From: Vicugna vicugna
Lineage: Eukaryota
DNA: 64,000 nucleotides
Reading direction: 5' to 3'
NCBI GenBank assembly: GCA_013265495.1
Contig: MU058252.1
Span: forward strand, 2,390,244-2,454,243
This document shows, one piece after another, positions 11,501 through 23,702 of the stretch. Position numbers and translations under genes: made by a program. The notes beneath the pieces were generated by a model. It ran no database searches. It worked only from the letters and a program-made list of their open reading frames with translations, and was not told the DNA's origin. Within the stretch, counting starts at the first letter, position 1. Each line of letters begins with the position of its first letter.

Positions 11501-14015
11501 TCTGTAGTTACCTGCAGCTCGGGGGACTACAGAGCCTTTAACCGTGACCTGCCGCCTGCCTCCCACCAAACCAGCACCAGCAGTGGCTGTTGCTTCCCCT
11601 CCCGTTAATCGGAGCCTGGTTTCGCTGTAAGGCGCTGCGTCTTGTTCGTGCTGGGAGCCCCTAACTCGGCTGGGAAGCTGGCCCGACTTGATGTCACTTC
11701 CATCTCTTTGAAGTACAAAGCTGCACTCGTGGTTGTCAATTCTCTATGTGTACTTTCATCCCGTGCCGTTTCGTCGCACTTTGTGGTCACGTTCAGGATA
11801 TTTACTTTATACCATTTTAATAAGGCAAAAATTTAAGTGAAGGCAAACATTTACTTTAAAAAACCAATAAATCATTAATGCTATGTTTGACAAGATTTAT
11901 GCTAAAAGTGACATTGAAATTCCTGGTTTGCCACCCATGTCATAAGGATTTGGAATCTCACAGGATTGTGATTTGGAACATTGAAAAAACCTTTTCATAT
12001 AGAAATGTAAGGGAGTGCAAGGTATAATTAGAAATAGGGCTTATTAACAAAATACTTGAGTTCATGTCAGCTTTTTAAAAACCTCAACTGTCCCTTTTAC
12101 TCCAAATCCTGAGGTCCATGAATACCTTTTTATAAAAGTGACATGGATAACAAAGTTACAAGTGACTTGAAAAAAATGCGATAAACATGACAGGCTCTAA
12201 TTTTTTGATGCTTTGCGTAGTGAAGATGTGTTGGAACCCTACGTTTTCTTACCCATAGTTTTCAGGGATTAAACGTTTTTCTGATGCTAAGGTTCTCCAC
12301 GGTCTGTTTCCAGAGTTAGCAAATCCATCGTACCTACCTTTCCAACATCATATACATTCAAGTTCACATTATTTTATCAGCCATGAATTAAATATTGATA
12401 AGCTTTTCTTGGTCCTTGGTCCACAGATCTTACTTAAAAGACTCTTTAAAGGGGAAACGTGAGAAGTCCCACCAGGTCAGCTCCCCTGGCTTGGGATAAT
12501 TTTGCCAGCAGCACTGATCCCTGTAGCTAAATGTGATGCTCAATTTATGGCTTCTTTTGAGTGGGAAGTCGAAGAGCCCTCAGAGTGTGAACTTGCTCCG
12601 TTTCCGTGTTGACGTGATCTGTAGACAAACAGACCTCCTGCACTTCAGTTCCCAGATAGAGGCAGAAAGCCCTTGAAAATGGCTCGTGAGAGGTTCTGAA
12701 TTCTGGTAAACCTTTAAGCTCACAAGGTTATGACCATGTCTTTGCCTTGGTTTTCCATTCGAATAAAGTAACATACTGCTGCCTTTCAGATCGGGAGGGA
12801 CCGCCGCCGTCCAGACGGCGGTGACTTGGCACAATTTGAGAGGCACTGGAAGTCCCCCCACCCCACCCCAGCCCTCCGGTAACTCTTGGCGCTCGCCCAC
12901 TGTGGTGCCGGGAACTTCCCAGTGTGGGTGCTGAGCGAGGGGCATCGCCGTTCATATGTGAACGGTCTGGATGGTGAGAGCCCACCGGCAGCAGCCGACA
13001 CTGCACAGCGTGTCTGTGGCTCTGTTTGGCATGTAAGGTGCTGGAGTGCTAGTTTAGAAGCACTCATTTGGACCCCTTGCATCCGTATGTGGACTTAAAT
13101 CACGCCTTTTGCCGTTTTAAGAACACTGAAGTGTGGGGAATTCATGAACATGTACTTTCTGAGGGTCTCTGGACTCAGCCACGTGGCTGTCAGTCTAGCT
13201 GTTGATGTGTGACCCTGCCTGGCTTCAGGAGGATGAACAAGCCCATCTTCTCACTTCAAGCACTGTGAAACACCATCCCCCACTTAACCCTTAAAAGTTC
13301 GTTTTGGGGTGGTTACTGATTGCTTCGGGACAAGACAAACTAAGGAAATAACGTACAAGTTGTAACGGACAGGAGAGGCTAAGTTCTGCTCCAGTAACAC
13401 ACACAGCTGAGAGCTCCGAGGCTCCAAGGAGCAAGCGCTCTTTCTCACTCACGCCACGTGTCCATCGCTGGCCCCGCCTCCTCACGCCCTCGCCATGCTG
13501 GCGTGCGGGAGAGCCCTGGGGAGCTCTGCAGGGGCAGTTGGAGGTGCTGATGCCAAAGTGCCACGTTGCTTCTTTCCAGAACTCCTTGAACAGAGCTGTC
13601 ACATGGTTCCTTCCAATCCCAAGGGAGCAGGGATGAGCACAGAATGTGTGCCCAGAGGCACCAGCACCACCCCCACACAATGGACATCACATCATTTCGT
13701 TGGAAAAACAAGCCTTCTGCCACCTTCCAGAAGCGAGGCCTCCGGGTCGTGCACTGTAATGACAGGGAGGTTTCACACTGTGTCTCTCAGAGCCCCTGGC
13801 CCAGTGGATTTCCCTGGCTATCAGCAAAATCCTGCCTCCCCATGAAGAGAAAACGCACAGCCAGGTGCTTCGGGACAAAGAGGGAGAACCCAGACGGAGG
13901 AAGCGCTGGCTTTCTCCTGCCCTCGCAGCCTGGCCCCTGGGTTCCCTCAGAACCAGACTCCGCATTCTCATTTGTCTTTCTCCAGAGTCTTCCTTCCTCA
14001 CTTCTCTTTCTTTCT

Positions 14016-15039
14016 TTCTTTCTTCTTTATTGAAGTCTAGCTGATTTACAATAGTGTGTTAGTTTCTGGTGTACAGCATACTGATTCATCGTACACATAT
14101 ATGTGTTTTCTTTTTCATATTCTCTTTCATTGTAGGTTCTTATAAGGTATTGAATAGAGTTCCCTGCGCTGTACAGGAGGACCTTGTGTATCTATTTTAT
14201 ATATAATAGTGTGTGTCTGCTAATCTTGAACTCCCAGTTTATCCCTCCCCACTCCCTCGGTAGCCGTAAGTTTGTTTCCTATGACTGTGAATCTGTTTGT
14301 GTTTTGTGAACAAGTTCATTTGTGCCGTTTTTTTAGATTCCACATATAGGTGATGTCATGTGATATTTGTCTTTCTCTGTCTGACTTACTTCACTCAGTA
14401 TGATCGTCTTAGGTCCGTCCATGTTGCTGCAAATGGCATGATTCCATTCTTCCTGTGGCTGCGTAGTGTGCCCTTGTATTAACAGACCACAGCTTCTTCA
14501 TCCAGTCGTCTGTCGATGGACATGTAGGTTGCTTCCATGTCTTCCCTACCGTAAACAGTGCTGCTGTGAACATTGGGGCGCGTGTATCTTTTTTTTTTAA
14601 TTAGAGTTTTCTCCAGATATGTGCCCAGGAGTGGGACAGCTGGATCATATGGTAACTGCAGTTTTAGTTTTTTAAGGAACCTCCACGCTGTTTTCCTTAG
14701 TGGCTTAAAGCCTTAGACATAAGCCAGGACGACGCAAGCCTCCCAGAGGGGAACACAGGCAAGGCGTTCTCCGACGCACACCGCAGCCATGTTCCCCTAG
14801 GACCGTCTCCCGGGCGGTAGAAATGAAAGCAAAAATAAACAAATGGGACCTAATTAAACTTAGAAGCTTTTGCACAGCAAAGGAAACCATCAACAAAATG
14901 AAAAGACAACCTGCTGAATGGGAGAAGATATTTGCAGACAAGGTGCCTGACGAGGTAAACAGCTCATACAGCTGAGTAACAAAAATACAATCAAGCTAAT
15001 TTAAAACTGGGCCGAAGACCTACGCAGACGTTTCCCAGC
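14016..15039 (-). mobile_element. L1 with 5' inversion (minus arm 14016-14705; inverted ORF2 arm on + 14701-15039)
   Basis: Minus arm is L1 3'UTR plus ORF2 end; plus arm translates from ~14823 as [38 protein letters not shown] (L1 ORF2); candidate TSD tctctttc(t/c)ttct at 14003-14015 and 15040-15052. Confidence 0.9.
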
Positions 15040-18000
15040 TCTCTTTCCTTCTGTGCCGAGAGCGCCTTCCTTGAGTTCAGAGGTGGTGTTCCTCCTGGTG
15101 ACTGCTTCTGGCGGTGGAGACGAGGCTGGCTAAAAGGCGAGCGCCACCAGTGACTGAGTTCCCTCCCAGGCACGTGCCTGACAGTTGTGTCCGTATTCTT
15201 CCCTTCGCCCGCTTTCTCCTCCTCCTCCCTTTCTTGCTCTTACTTGTTTCTTTAGGCTGATTTTCTCAGGCTCTTTGGTTCGTTCCTTCTACCCCTGCCT
15301 CCAAACCACCTCTCGAGTGCATTACGTCCACGATGCTAAAACAGCCTGTAACAAGAAAGTCCCCGAAGCTGGGTGTTCGTCCCCTGCTTCTGTGTGACGA
15401 TCACGTCCCCTGCCTTCGTCCTCGTCTACCAGGTAAAGCGAGGTATGTAGGGGATCGAAGGAGCTGTCTACAGGCAGCTCCTCATCTCATCAGTGTCTGA
15501 GTGTGAATCACCTCAATGTGTTCAGTCCTTCCGGCTGCATTTCTGTAAAAGTCACCTGGGAGGAGTCGCTCTGCCAGGTGGGTGATGGGAGCACCTGAGT
15601 GCAGCCTCACGGTTCAGCGATGTACGTCTCCTCCCTCCCCAGCGCCCTCCCCTCCTCACTCCCCAGAGGCTGCGAGGTCCGCATGCGGTGCCGGGCACCA
15701 GGACGGGTACTAAGGGCCTGCTGACCAGCCTCTGCCCTCGGGATGCTCCTGGTCTCGGTGGTGAGGTGGTCTGTTCAAGGGAGAGGTCACCACCGCTCGG
15801 GGCCGTGAGCATCACACGCACGCGCTTTCAGACCCAGGACCTGCACACAGAAGGGGTCAGAACACACGCCGTGAGTGAGTCTTTTCCAGGACCGCGGTGG
15901 CAGTGAGGACGATGAGCCCGGGGTCTGTCCATCTGCACATTGCTTTCCTCCGACAGGGGCACTGAGATGTCTGGGGAGGCATCTGTGGATGTAATTAATC
16001 CTCAGGGTCCTGAACATTGCTTAATGCCACTCAGCACAAGATTAAGTGGATAATGGCCAAGTCTGTTTCTCTGAGATGCAGCCAAGCTTACCAGTCGTCA
16101 TGTGCCCTTTATTGGGAATCGCGGGTGCAAAGCCCTGTCCCCCGGTGTTCCACACGCCTGCCCGTGGTCAGAACCCAAAACAGGAAGGGGGACCAGCCAG
16201 GCACAGTGGGGACCCTCAGCCTTAGGCAGGCTGATCATTGTGAGCCGAGACAAACAGGAGTGTCTGTCTTTCTCAGAGCAGAATAACATCTTTGATGGAG
16301 CCCCTGTGAAGTAGGAAGAGGCAAACAGGCTCCTTTGGAAAACACCTCGGTTTTCAGCAGGGAAGCTGCTTTGGGGGCACCTGTCTTGCCTCTGCACCCC
16401 CCCCCCCGCCGTCAGTGGTTTGCTGTGGGGCCTCTCGGCTCCCCTCGGCTCCCCAGAGGCTGAGAATGTCGTGTGTGGCTATTGGTTGCTTTGTGCTGCG
16501 CGGCGAACTCTGTGGTTGTTGGAAAGAAGCGTTAAAAGCCAGGGAGTGCCTCTGATCGCAAGAGGCCCCAGGCATCAGCCTTTGCTCTCCTTCCGATCAG
16601 CCCGTGGGGGTCCCACCGACTTCCTGGCACCTGCAAAGGGTCCGCTTGCAACCTGCGACTGGCAGGGATGAATGCTTCCAGACTGCCCGGAGTGAGCAGA
16701 TTAAAACAGTTCTGGAGGGTGAGTAAAAAGACACAAATCAGAAAAGTTTAATTTCTGGGGGGAGGAGAAAAGCTAACCCTCTGTGGGGGATGTGCTGTGA
16801 GGGACTTGCGTTGTCCTACAAAACTCACGCTGCGAGATTCAGCTGTGCCTGTGTGATGTCTTGCCAGAGGTTTAGAATTTAATTTTAACTACTCTGCAGC
16901 AGATAGAATCAGAGCCCGTTCGGCCGTGGGGATTCACTCACAGCAGAAGTTTTCTAGAAAAGGCAGCCTAGCGTCTGAGCCGCGGTGCGGGGGTTGATGC
17001 GTTCACTGCCACCTGTGTGTCAACCAGCATCTTCTGATCTTCGCCTCTGGGAACAGCGTTGCGTGTGATGGTGGACAGACGAAAGCCTGGAAACAGGGTC
17101 TCTGTGCGTTTCCCTTTGGACTGCAGAGCCTGTCGGAAGCCCTGGGTGACTAGACAGAGAAAAGCTGAGACAGTTTCAAGCTCTGCATTGTGCTGTTAAA
17201 CCATGAGAAAGCAAAAGGCAGCTGTAGTCACAAATCAGTCAAACGTGTGATGCGCACTGTGCACGGCGACCGGAAGCCCCCCTGTGATGAGGAGGTCGGT
17301 GCCAAGCCACCGTCACAGCAGGCGGCTTCTGGAATGTCCAGTTTTGCCTCTCCTCCCAGAATGATAAAACACCTATGGAAATCATTGCCTTTTTTTTCAG
17401 TTGTCAGAATCTGGATTCAGAACAGCAAGTAAAGAATTCTGTCCTGAATGTTACGTGGGATTCAGGGAGATGGGAAATGTTCACGGCTCAGGTCCATCCG
17501 TCAAAACTCTTGAGTGTTTAGCACCTAGGAAGGAACAAATGACCCGGATGGTGATTTTCAGCGACCCCTTAATACAGAGGGCAGAGCTGGAGTGAGATTG
17601 TAAGTTTCCGTCTTACTCCAGCGTTATTTGATTCTGTGATTTATGTGTGTATGTGCTGGTACCAGCGCCCTGCTCATCAGCAGTCGCATCCTTAGACGAG
17701 TAAATGACAGGTAATTAGTGCATCGAATGCGTCTCTGACTGGTGAAGTGCGCTTTGTTCTGTGGATGCTCTGAGTCATTTAGGAAGGGCCTGGGGTTATG
17801 GATGTGCTTGGTCCGTTAGACTCACGGTACCTCTTTATTTGAACTTGTAAAATGATCAGATAACGTGAGTTGCCGGTCATCGTGAGATGACTTCTTAAGC
17901 AAGGATCTATATTCACCTGGGCGGAACCGAAACAATGACCTCCCACGTGGAATCCTGTGTGTTGTATGTATCTATGTGTGTATTTGATCTGAGTAAACAA

Positions 18001-19339
18001 GAGCATGTTAAACACTTTTAAATGATGAAACCACAGAAGCACCGTGTGCAGCTGGCAGCGCCCTGGGTTGAAGGTCCAATGACCAACTTGTCTTTTCTGA
18101 GATTAGTCTCTTGATCTTGGACAAAACTGCTTAAGGCCTTTCAAGGTCTGTCTGCAGACAGAGGGGTTCCTCCAGCTCTGGGATTTAATCTGAGCACGTG
18201 GAAAACAGATTAGTCTGTGCTCCGGATTCCCCAAGTATCTGTCTCGATTGTGTCTGAGAGAGTCTGATTGGATCTGCTGAGTATCATTTACTCTTTCACA
18301 GACTAGAAACAGACACATACAAGCACCCCAAAGCTCCAGATGTGCCCCTCGACGAGCGGCGTCTGGAAAGGGGACTGCCTGGCCCCTCGGCATCCTCTGT
18401 ATGAAGCACACAGACTCCGAAACTAACAGCACAACACTGGCCTTCATCCTTGGAAGGGGGCTCAGATCAGTATAAAGAGCCACCAGAGTGTCACTAACCG
18501 ACAGCCCAGTCCGCACAGGGAAGCACATTCTAAATAATCTAAGGACTTCCTTCATTATTCAGGGATGGGAGTGTAAGTGCGTGTTGTCATTACTCTGTAG
18601 TCTCAATTCTGAATTATTCATTCCCTTTTTCATGGTGGTTTTATGCCAATAACTCCAGACTCTTGTCAATAAAATTTTTAAAGATCAGAGGTAGACAACA
18701 GTTTCAGAGAAAGGATTTAGAAGCCCCTTTGTGGAGGAGGGACTTTGCAACATCCCGTGCAAACAGCAAAGCCAGCTGGCCAGTGTCTTCCCCACGTCTG
18801 CCTGACTCTCTTCACGAGTCGGCTCCCTCTCAGGCCACCAGCTGGATGGAGCCCCGAGTCCTGTCACCTGCTCCAGTGAAAACTCCTGCAGGCGATCAGG
18901 GCGGCTTTGAAGGAGGTGCGCCTGCGTGGCCTGCCGGCAGTGGCAGCGGCAGTGGCCATCTTCCCATGATTGTGGTCGCTTCTGATGTTTGTGCTTTGTT
19001 ACTGGCAGCAAGTGGAAATAAGAGACCGGTTGTGCCTGTGGTCGTCGGCAGCAGAGAGTTTTGGAATCACTGCTTTAAATGGCCTGCTGTCTGGACTGCA
19101 TGCGTATAACAGTCACAGGACTATTTGGTTTCGCCAGAAAAATCTGTAAATCCAGTTATTGGGTGCTGAGTGAAGTCACTGCGTTCAGCAGAAGTTTGAT
19201 GTTAGAAATCTTTGTTCCAGAAAGGCTGGTCCAAGTGTCCTAGAGGAGGGTGCTTGTCTTTCCCCCAGTGGCCTTTGTCCTGCTGACCACAGTGACGTGC
19301 AGCCCCCCGAATGTGACACTGCGGAGTAGCCGATGCGGG

Positions 19340-19710
19340 AAGGGCAGTGTGACGTCGTGGAGGAACGAGCAGCGCGCAGGAGGCCCCGCTGCAGCTCCGG
19401 GCTCCCCGCGGTGCTGACCCGCGGGGTCGCTTTCTCCCTGTGTGTTGGTTTCTCTCCTGTGAAACGGGAGGCGGCTGTGGATCCAGTTGTGTGGCTCTGT
19501 ATCCAGGCAGCGTAATAAAACCCCCCAGGAAGCTTTTTTTTTTAACTGTCTGTACCCAGGCTCTGCCCCACCCCAGGTAAGTCAGTCACACTGGGTGGGG
19601 TCCCTGATGTTAACATATTTCTTTTAAAGCTCCCAGGTCATTCTAATGGGCAGCCAGAATCCAGACCAGTTAGACCATCTAAAGGCCCTCCCAGCACTCA
19701 CGTTCTACTT
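19340..19710 (+). mobile_element. MIR3-like SINE interrupted by a MER5A-like hAT MITE (~19485-19670)
   Basis: gggcagtgtgacgtcgtgga...ctgtgaaacgggagg | ...ttttaaagctcccaggtcattctaatgggcagccag | agaccatctaaaggccctcccagcactcacgttcta. Confidence 0.6.
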
Positions 19711-20401
19711 ACTTGGATTCTAATGGTTTTTGTCAAGGTGAGAGCACTGCACCGTGGTTGTGGTGGTATTATATTCCTTAATATTCTGGTCATTTCGAGA
19801 GATGAGGCATTGAAGCGCAGAGCAAAGGAGCCAAAGGACTTCGCTCCCCCAAAGTGGCTTTTCGGGCTCAAGGCTTTGAACATCCTTGGTGTGGACAGAG
19901 CATCTAATGGCCACCTGAATTTTTAATTCCCTAATGGGACATTCTGGGTCCTAAGAGCAGAGAATTCTAGTTTCAAGGAAATAAAAACAGAGAAAATCAT
20001 ATTTTCCCCCAAGTAGAAGCTTGTCTTTGTTGTCACCGAGGTCTAATCAGGTGTTAGGTATGCAGAGGGGAAGAAGACAGCCCTTGCTTAAATTAATTTA
20101 TGATCCAGTGGAGATGAGAGAACAAGAAATAGTGCCGTGTGGTTTGGAGGCATCTAACCCTGACGTTGTTTGGCTGCGTGATCTCCCGGTCTCGAAACCT
20201 TTACGAAGGCGTTCAGAGCTAGAAGGAAGACCCCCCACCCCTATCATTTGCCTGTTTAAAGGTAGTTGAGTTTGAGGGTAAACATAGTTTTCATTTTGTT
20301 TCTCTGGGACACAAAGATACACATGCCCAGATACTTGAAAGCACAAAGTATTTATACTGATGTTCAACAAACATATTTATGCATTAAAATACACAAACCT
20401 A

Positions 20402-20853
20402 GGTGGGGACAGTATAGCTCAGTGGTAGAGTGCAAGCTTAGCTTGCATGAGGTCCTGGGTTCAATCCCCAGCACCTTCATTAAAAAAATAAATAAGAAAA
20501 AAGACTCACAGACATAGTAAACAAACATATGGTTACCCGGGGGAAGTGGGTGGGAAGGGATAAACTGAGAGTTTGAGATTTGCAAATATTAACTACTATA
20601 TATAAAATAGATAAGTTTCTTCTGTCCAGCACAGGGAACTACATTCAATACCTTGTAGTGACCTATAATGAAAAAGAACATGAAAACGAATATACGTATG
20701 TACGTGTGTGACTGAAACGTTATGCTGTGCACCAGAAACTGACACATGGTAACTGACTAGACTTCAAATAAATAAATAAATAAATACCTAATTATCTCCT
20801 GCCGCCCCCCAAAAAATTAAAATACAATTTTTCAAGAAAGCAGTTCATAACTC
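20402..20853 (+). mobile_element. tRNA-Ala-derived camelid-type SINE (vic-1-like) containing a nested L1 fragment
   Basis: A box tagctcagtgg, B box ggttcaatccc, 3' motif cctaattatctcc...cccccc; 18-bp TSD ttaaaatac(a/g)caaaccta at 20384-20401 and 20854-20871. Confidence 0.9.
20495..20785 (+). mobile_element. L1 3' end nested in the SINE A-rich linker
   Basis: gactcacagacatag...agcacagggaactacattcaata...caccagaaactgacaca...cttcaa followed by (aaat)n. Confidence 0.92.
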
Positions 20854-22498
20854 TTAAAATACGCAAACCTACATTTATGCATTTCAGTAGAAGAAGAAAA
20901 TGCAGTGGGGCATTTCGTGAGTGATGACACAAGGAGGAAAAGCAATGGAAAACGCCTGCTAACATTTAGGTTGTTTCCCTGAACAGTTCGAGGCAGCTCC
21001 CGTGTCCTGATCGTGCCTGCCTGCCCAGGGCTGACTCGGTGACTGCTCCCAGTTGGGCTTTCCCCAGGCCTCAGAGAGGCGTCTGCGTACGTGGGGTCCA
21101 GCCGCCGCTCTGTGCCCAGGAGCTGGTGAAGCAGGAGAAGCCACTTGCTCTCTGCGGACCTCCGTGTCTTACCGGCGCTGGGACAGGTTGGACGGGACTC
21201 CGTGGGTCTTTCCCTGATGTCCTGTGGTTCTTCCTCAACCATTTTCTTCAGGTTGTCAGGAAGCGGGAAAGACTATTTTGAAGCTGTTAATCCAGAGAGT
21301 AAGACGGGATAGAGATTCCTTCTGAAGGGACGGCCCACCCCACCGACCTCCCAGTGTGATTTAGTGGAAAAGGCATCAGCACTGCAGACAGATCAGAATC
21401 TGAGTTTGGATTCTTCCACAACCCATCAGGTTTCCACCTATCAGAGCCCAGGTTTCCTCCTCTGGAAGATGGAGCTGGTGATACTGGTAGCATGCCCTTA
21501 GCGGGTGGAGATCTGTCCAGCATCTGTGGAGACACTGGCGCATCGTGGGTGCTCAGTGTGGGACGTCCCAGGCACGGCTCACTGACTGGCAAGGGAGGCT
21601 GGGTGCACGCATCTCACTCGGCAGGATGCCTATTCCTCCGACTCGGAGTCTGCTTGGTGGCTCCGTGATGTGGGAGAGGCCCTAGGGCTGCAGGGGTGCC
21701 TTTGGGGAAGGAAAACACTACAGCCTGGCAAGACAGCGGAGTAAATGACATGGTTACATAGGTTTCCATCAGCCAGCCCCCCCTCCGCCTCCTCCCGCCC
21801 CTCCCTGGGCTGAGACCAGTGAGGCTGCCCTTGTGTTTGAATTTCTCTATGTGGTCTTGCCACACAGACCAGATCAACTGCTTTCAGCTCTTGGAGGAAA
21901 ACAAAATAGAACACATTTGAACAATTCTGTGTCTCAGTCTCTCTGGTTCAAATAATCAATGCCGTCTCGCAGCCAGGCGTCTTGGTGTCAGGTGGACCCA
22001 GGCATGGCTTTGGCCTTGAATACTGTCCCTTTGGAGAAAGTCCTTAGTTTCTTTTTAACCAACACTCAAAAATTATTAATTTGGCTCTTTACTCATGAAC
22101 ATTAAAAGCTGAAAGTTAATAAACATTTTACGATCCCAGAGCTAAAATGCGTATCTGATTGATATTGAGGAGCAAAGAATTGAGGGCAGGGGAAAGGCCT
22201 TCTCTTTCCAGAATTGCAAAATCGATGTAAAGCGGGCTTTCGCTCACCTACCGAGTGTGCAACGAACATTGGCCGGAGCAGGAGGGCTCTGGCAGGACGG
22301 GCTGCCTGGAAATCCTGGCCTCTCCCCTGGGTGGTCTCCAGTTAGTTAGACCATCACACCTCTTCCTGCTTTTCTGGGTGAAATTGGCTGGAATTCCCAG
22401 GGGAGGAAAGTAGAGTTGACAGTAACACCATCAGTTCATCGAATAATGTCAAGACTTTCAAAGAAATACAGAGCAGCGCTTCCTTCTCAAAATGTGAT

Positions 22499-22660
22499 GG
22501 GTTCCTGGGCTCAAATGTATTTTTGAAAATCAGGTGTCAATCTTGAAATAATGAGCAGGCACTTCTTTCTGTCTGGTGGTCGTTGCCAGTATGAAAAGGG
22601 CTTAAGTATACGCTTAGCTCATACTGTGTAATTTTTTCTGCAAATACGTTCAGGAACTCA
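22499..22660. mobile_element. Possible degenerate MITE / DNA transposon relic
   Basis: Imperfect inverted ends gggttcctg...aaatgtatttt and aaatacgttcaggaactc. Confidence 0.3.
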
Positions 22661-23429
22661 GCCGCAGTGTTGGTTTTCTTTTAAAGATTTTTCTCCCTCC
22701 CCTAGTGAACCGGAACAGATTATTCGTGCTTGCTATCGATTAAACAGATGGAGGCACCTTTCTGATGAGCTAGAAGAACGGAACTGGGATAAATAGGGCC
22801 AGTTTTTCCCAAAGGTCTAAAAAGCACGTGAATTCACCTTGTGTGCTGGCAGGAGCTGTTACTTCTTAAAGAAGCAAAGAGGACCCAATAGGGTTTTCAA
22901 GGGATGGTCTTTCAAAGAACTGTTCCTGAGCGATGTAATCTTTAAGAAGTCTGCACTGCCGTGTGCTCATGTAGGAACCGAGAAAATCTTTATTATCAGG
23001 TATTTTGAAAGAAGATATGCTGAATATTTATAAGGAGGAGAATTCCTACATGAAATGTGAACTGTCAGATAATTTGCTTGATAGCTAATAACCAAAAAGC
23101 AACTGATTCGGTGGCAAAGAAACCCAGTGAACAAACTTGGGGACTGGGGAGTCTGCTGTTTTTTTCATTATTAGGGAGGAATTTACTAACTGGAGATTCT
23201 CTGCCTTGATCGTTGGTGCCATTTTCTGTAAACGTTGCTTGAGTCAAGTCACTGATTAGAAAGACAAGTATGTTAAAGACAAACATACTTGCAAGACTGT
23301 AAAGTGTTACCATTTGAACCTGGTTACTAGCATCTTCAGGAAGGAAAGCCTGAGAATTATCCTTGACAATGAGTATGCACAGAGCCCACTTCTGTAGGCA
23401 GATGGGTTTACTAGGGTCGACTGAGTGGT

Positions 23430-23565
23430 TCTTTAATCACCTCATCTCAGTCGTCGTATCTGTGAATTAGGGATAAGTTACTTATCCTGGAAGAGTTTGT
23501 GAGAAATGAAAGCGATCACAAACGTAAATGGGCAAGTATCAGGCCTGTCCCTCATCAACGGGTGC
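23430..23565 (+). mobile_element. MIR SINE relic
   Basis: ctcagtcgtcgtatctgtgaattagggataag...tttgtgagaaatgaaagcgat resembles the MIR core. Confidence 0.55.
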
Positions 23566-23647
23566 CCTCTCCTCCCGTGGGCAAGAGCCCCTGTTTCACC
23601 CATAGCTGCAGCTTGTAGGCTGAGGGTGTGTGTACCACTACGCCTTG

Positions 23648-23702
23648 AATGGAGGGATGGATGGAGGGAGGGATGGATGTATGGATGGATGGGTGGAGGG
23701 AG
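23648..23702. repeat. (GGAT/GGAG)n degenerate microsatellite
   Basis: tggagggatggatggagggagggatggatgtatggatggatgggtggaggg. Confidence 0.8.

Noticed and set aside
20402..20476. tRNA-Ala-like gene
   Set aside because: Has a SINE tail and TSD and a mismatched anticodon stem; it is a SINE head. The copy near 62210-62283 likewise has a SINE tail and TSD
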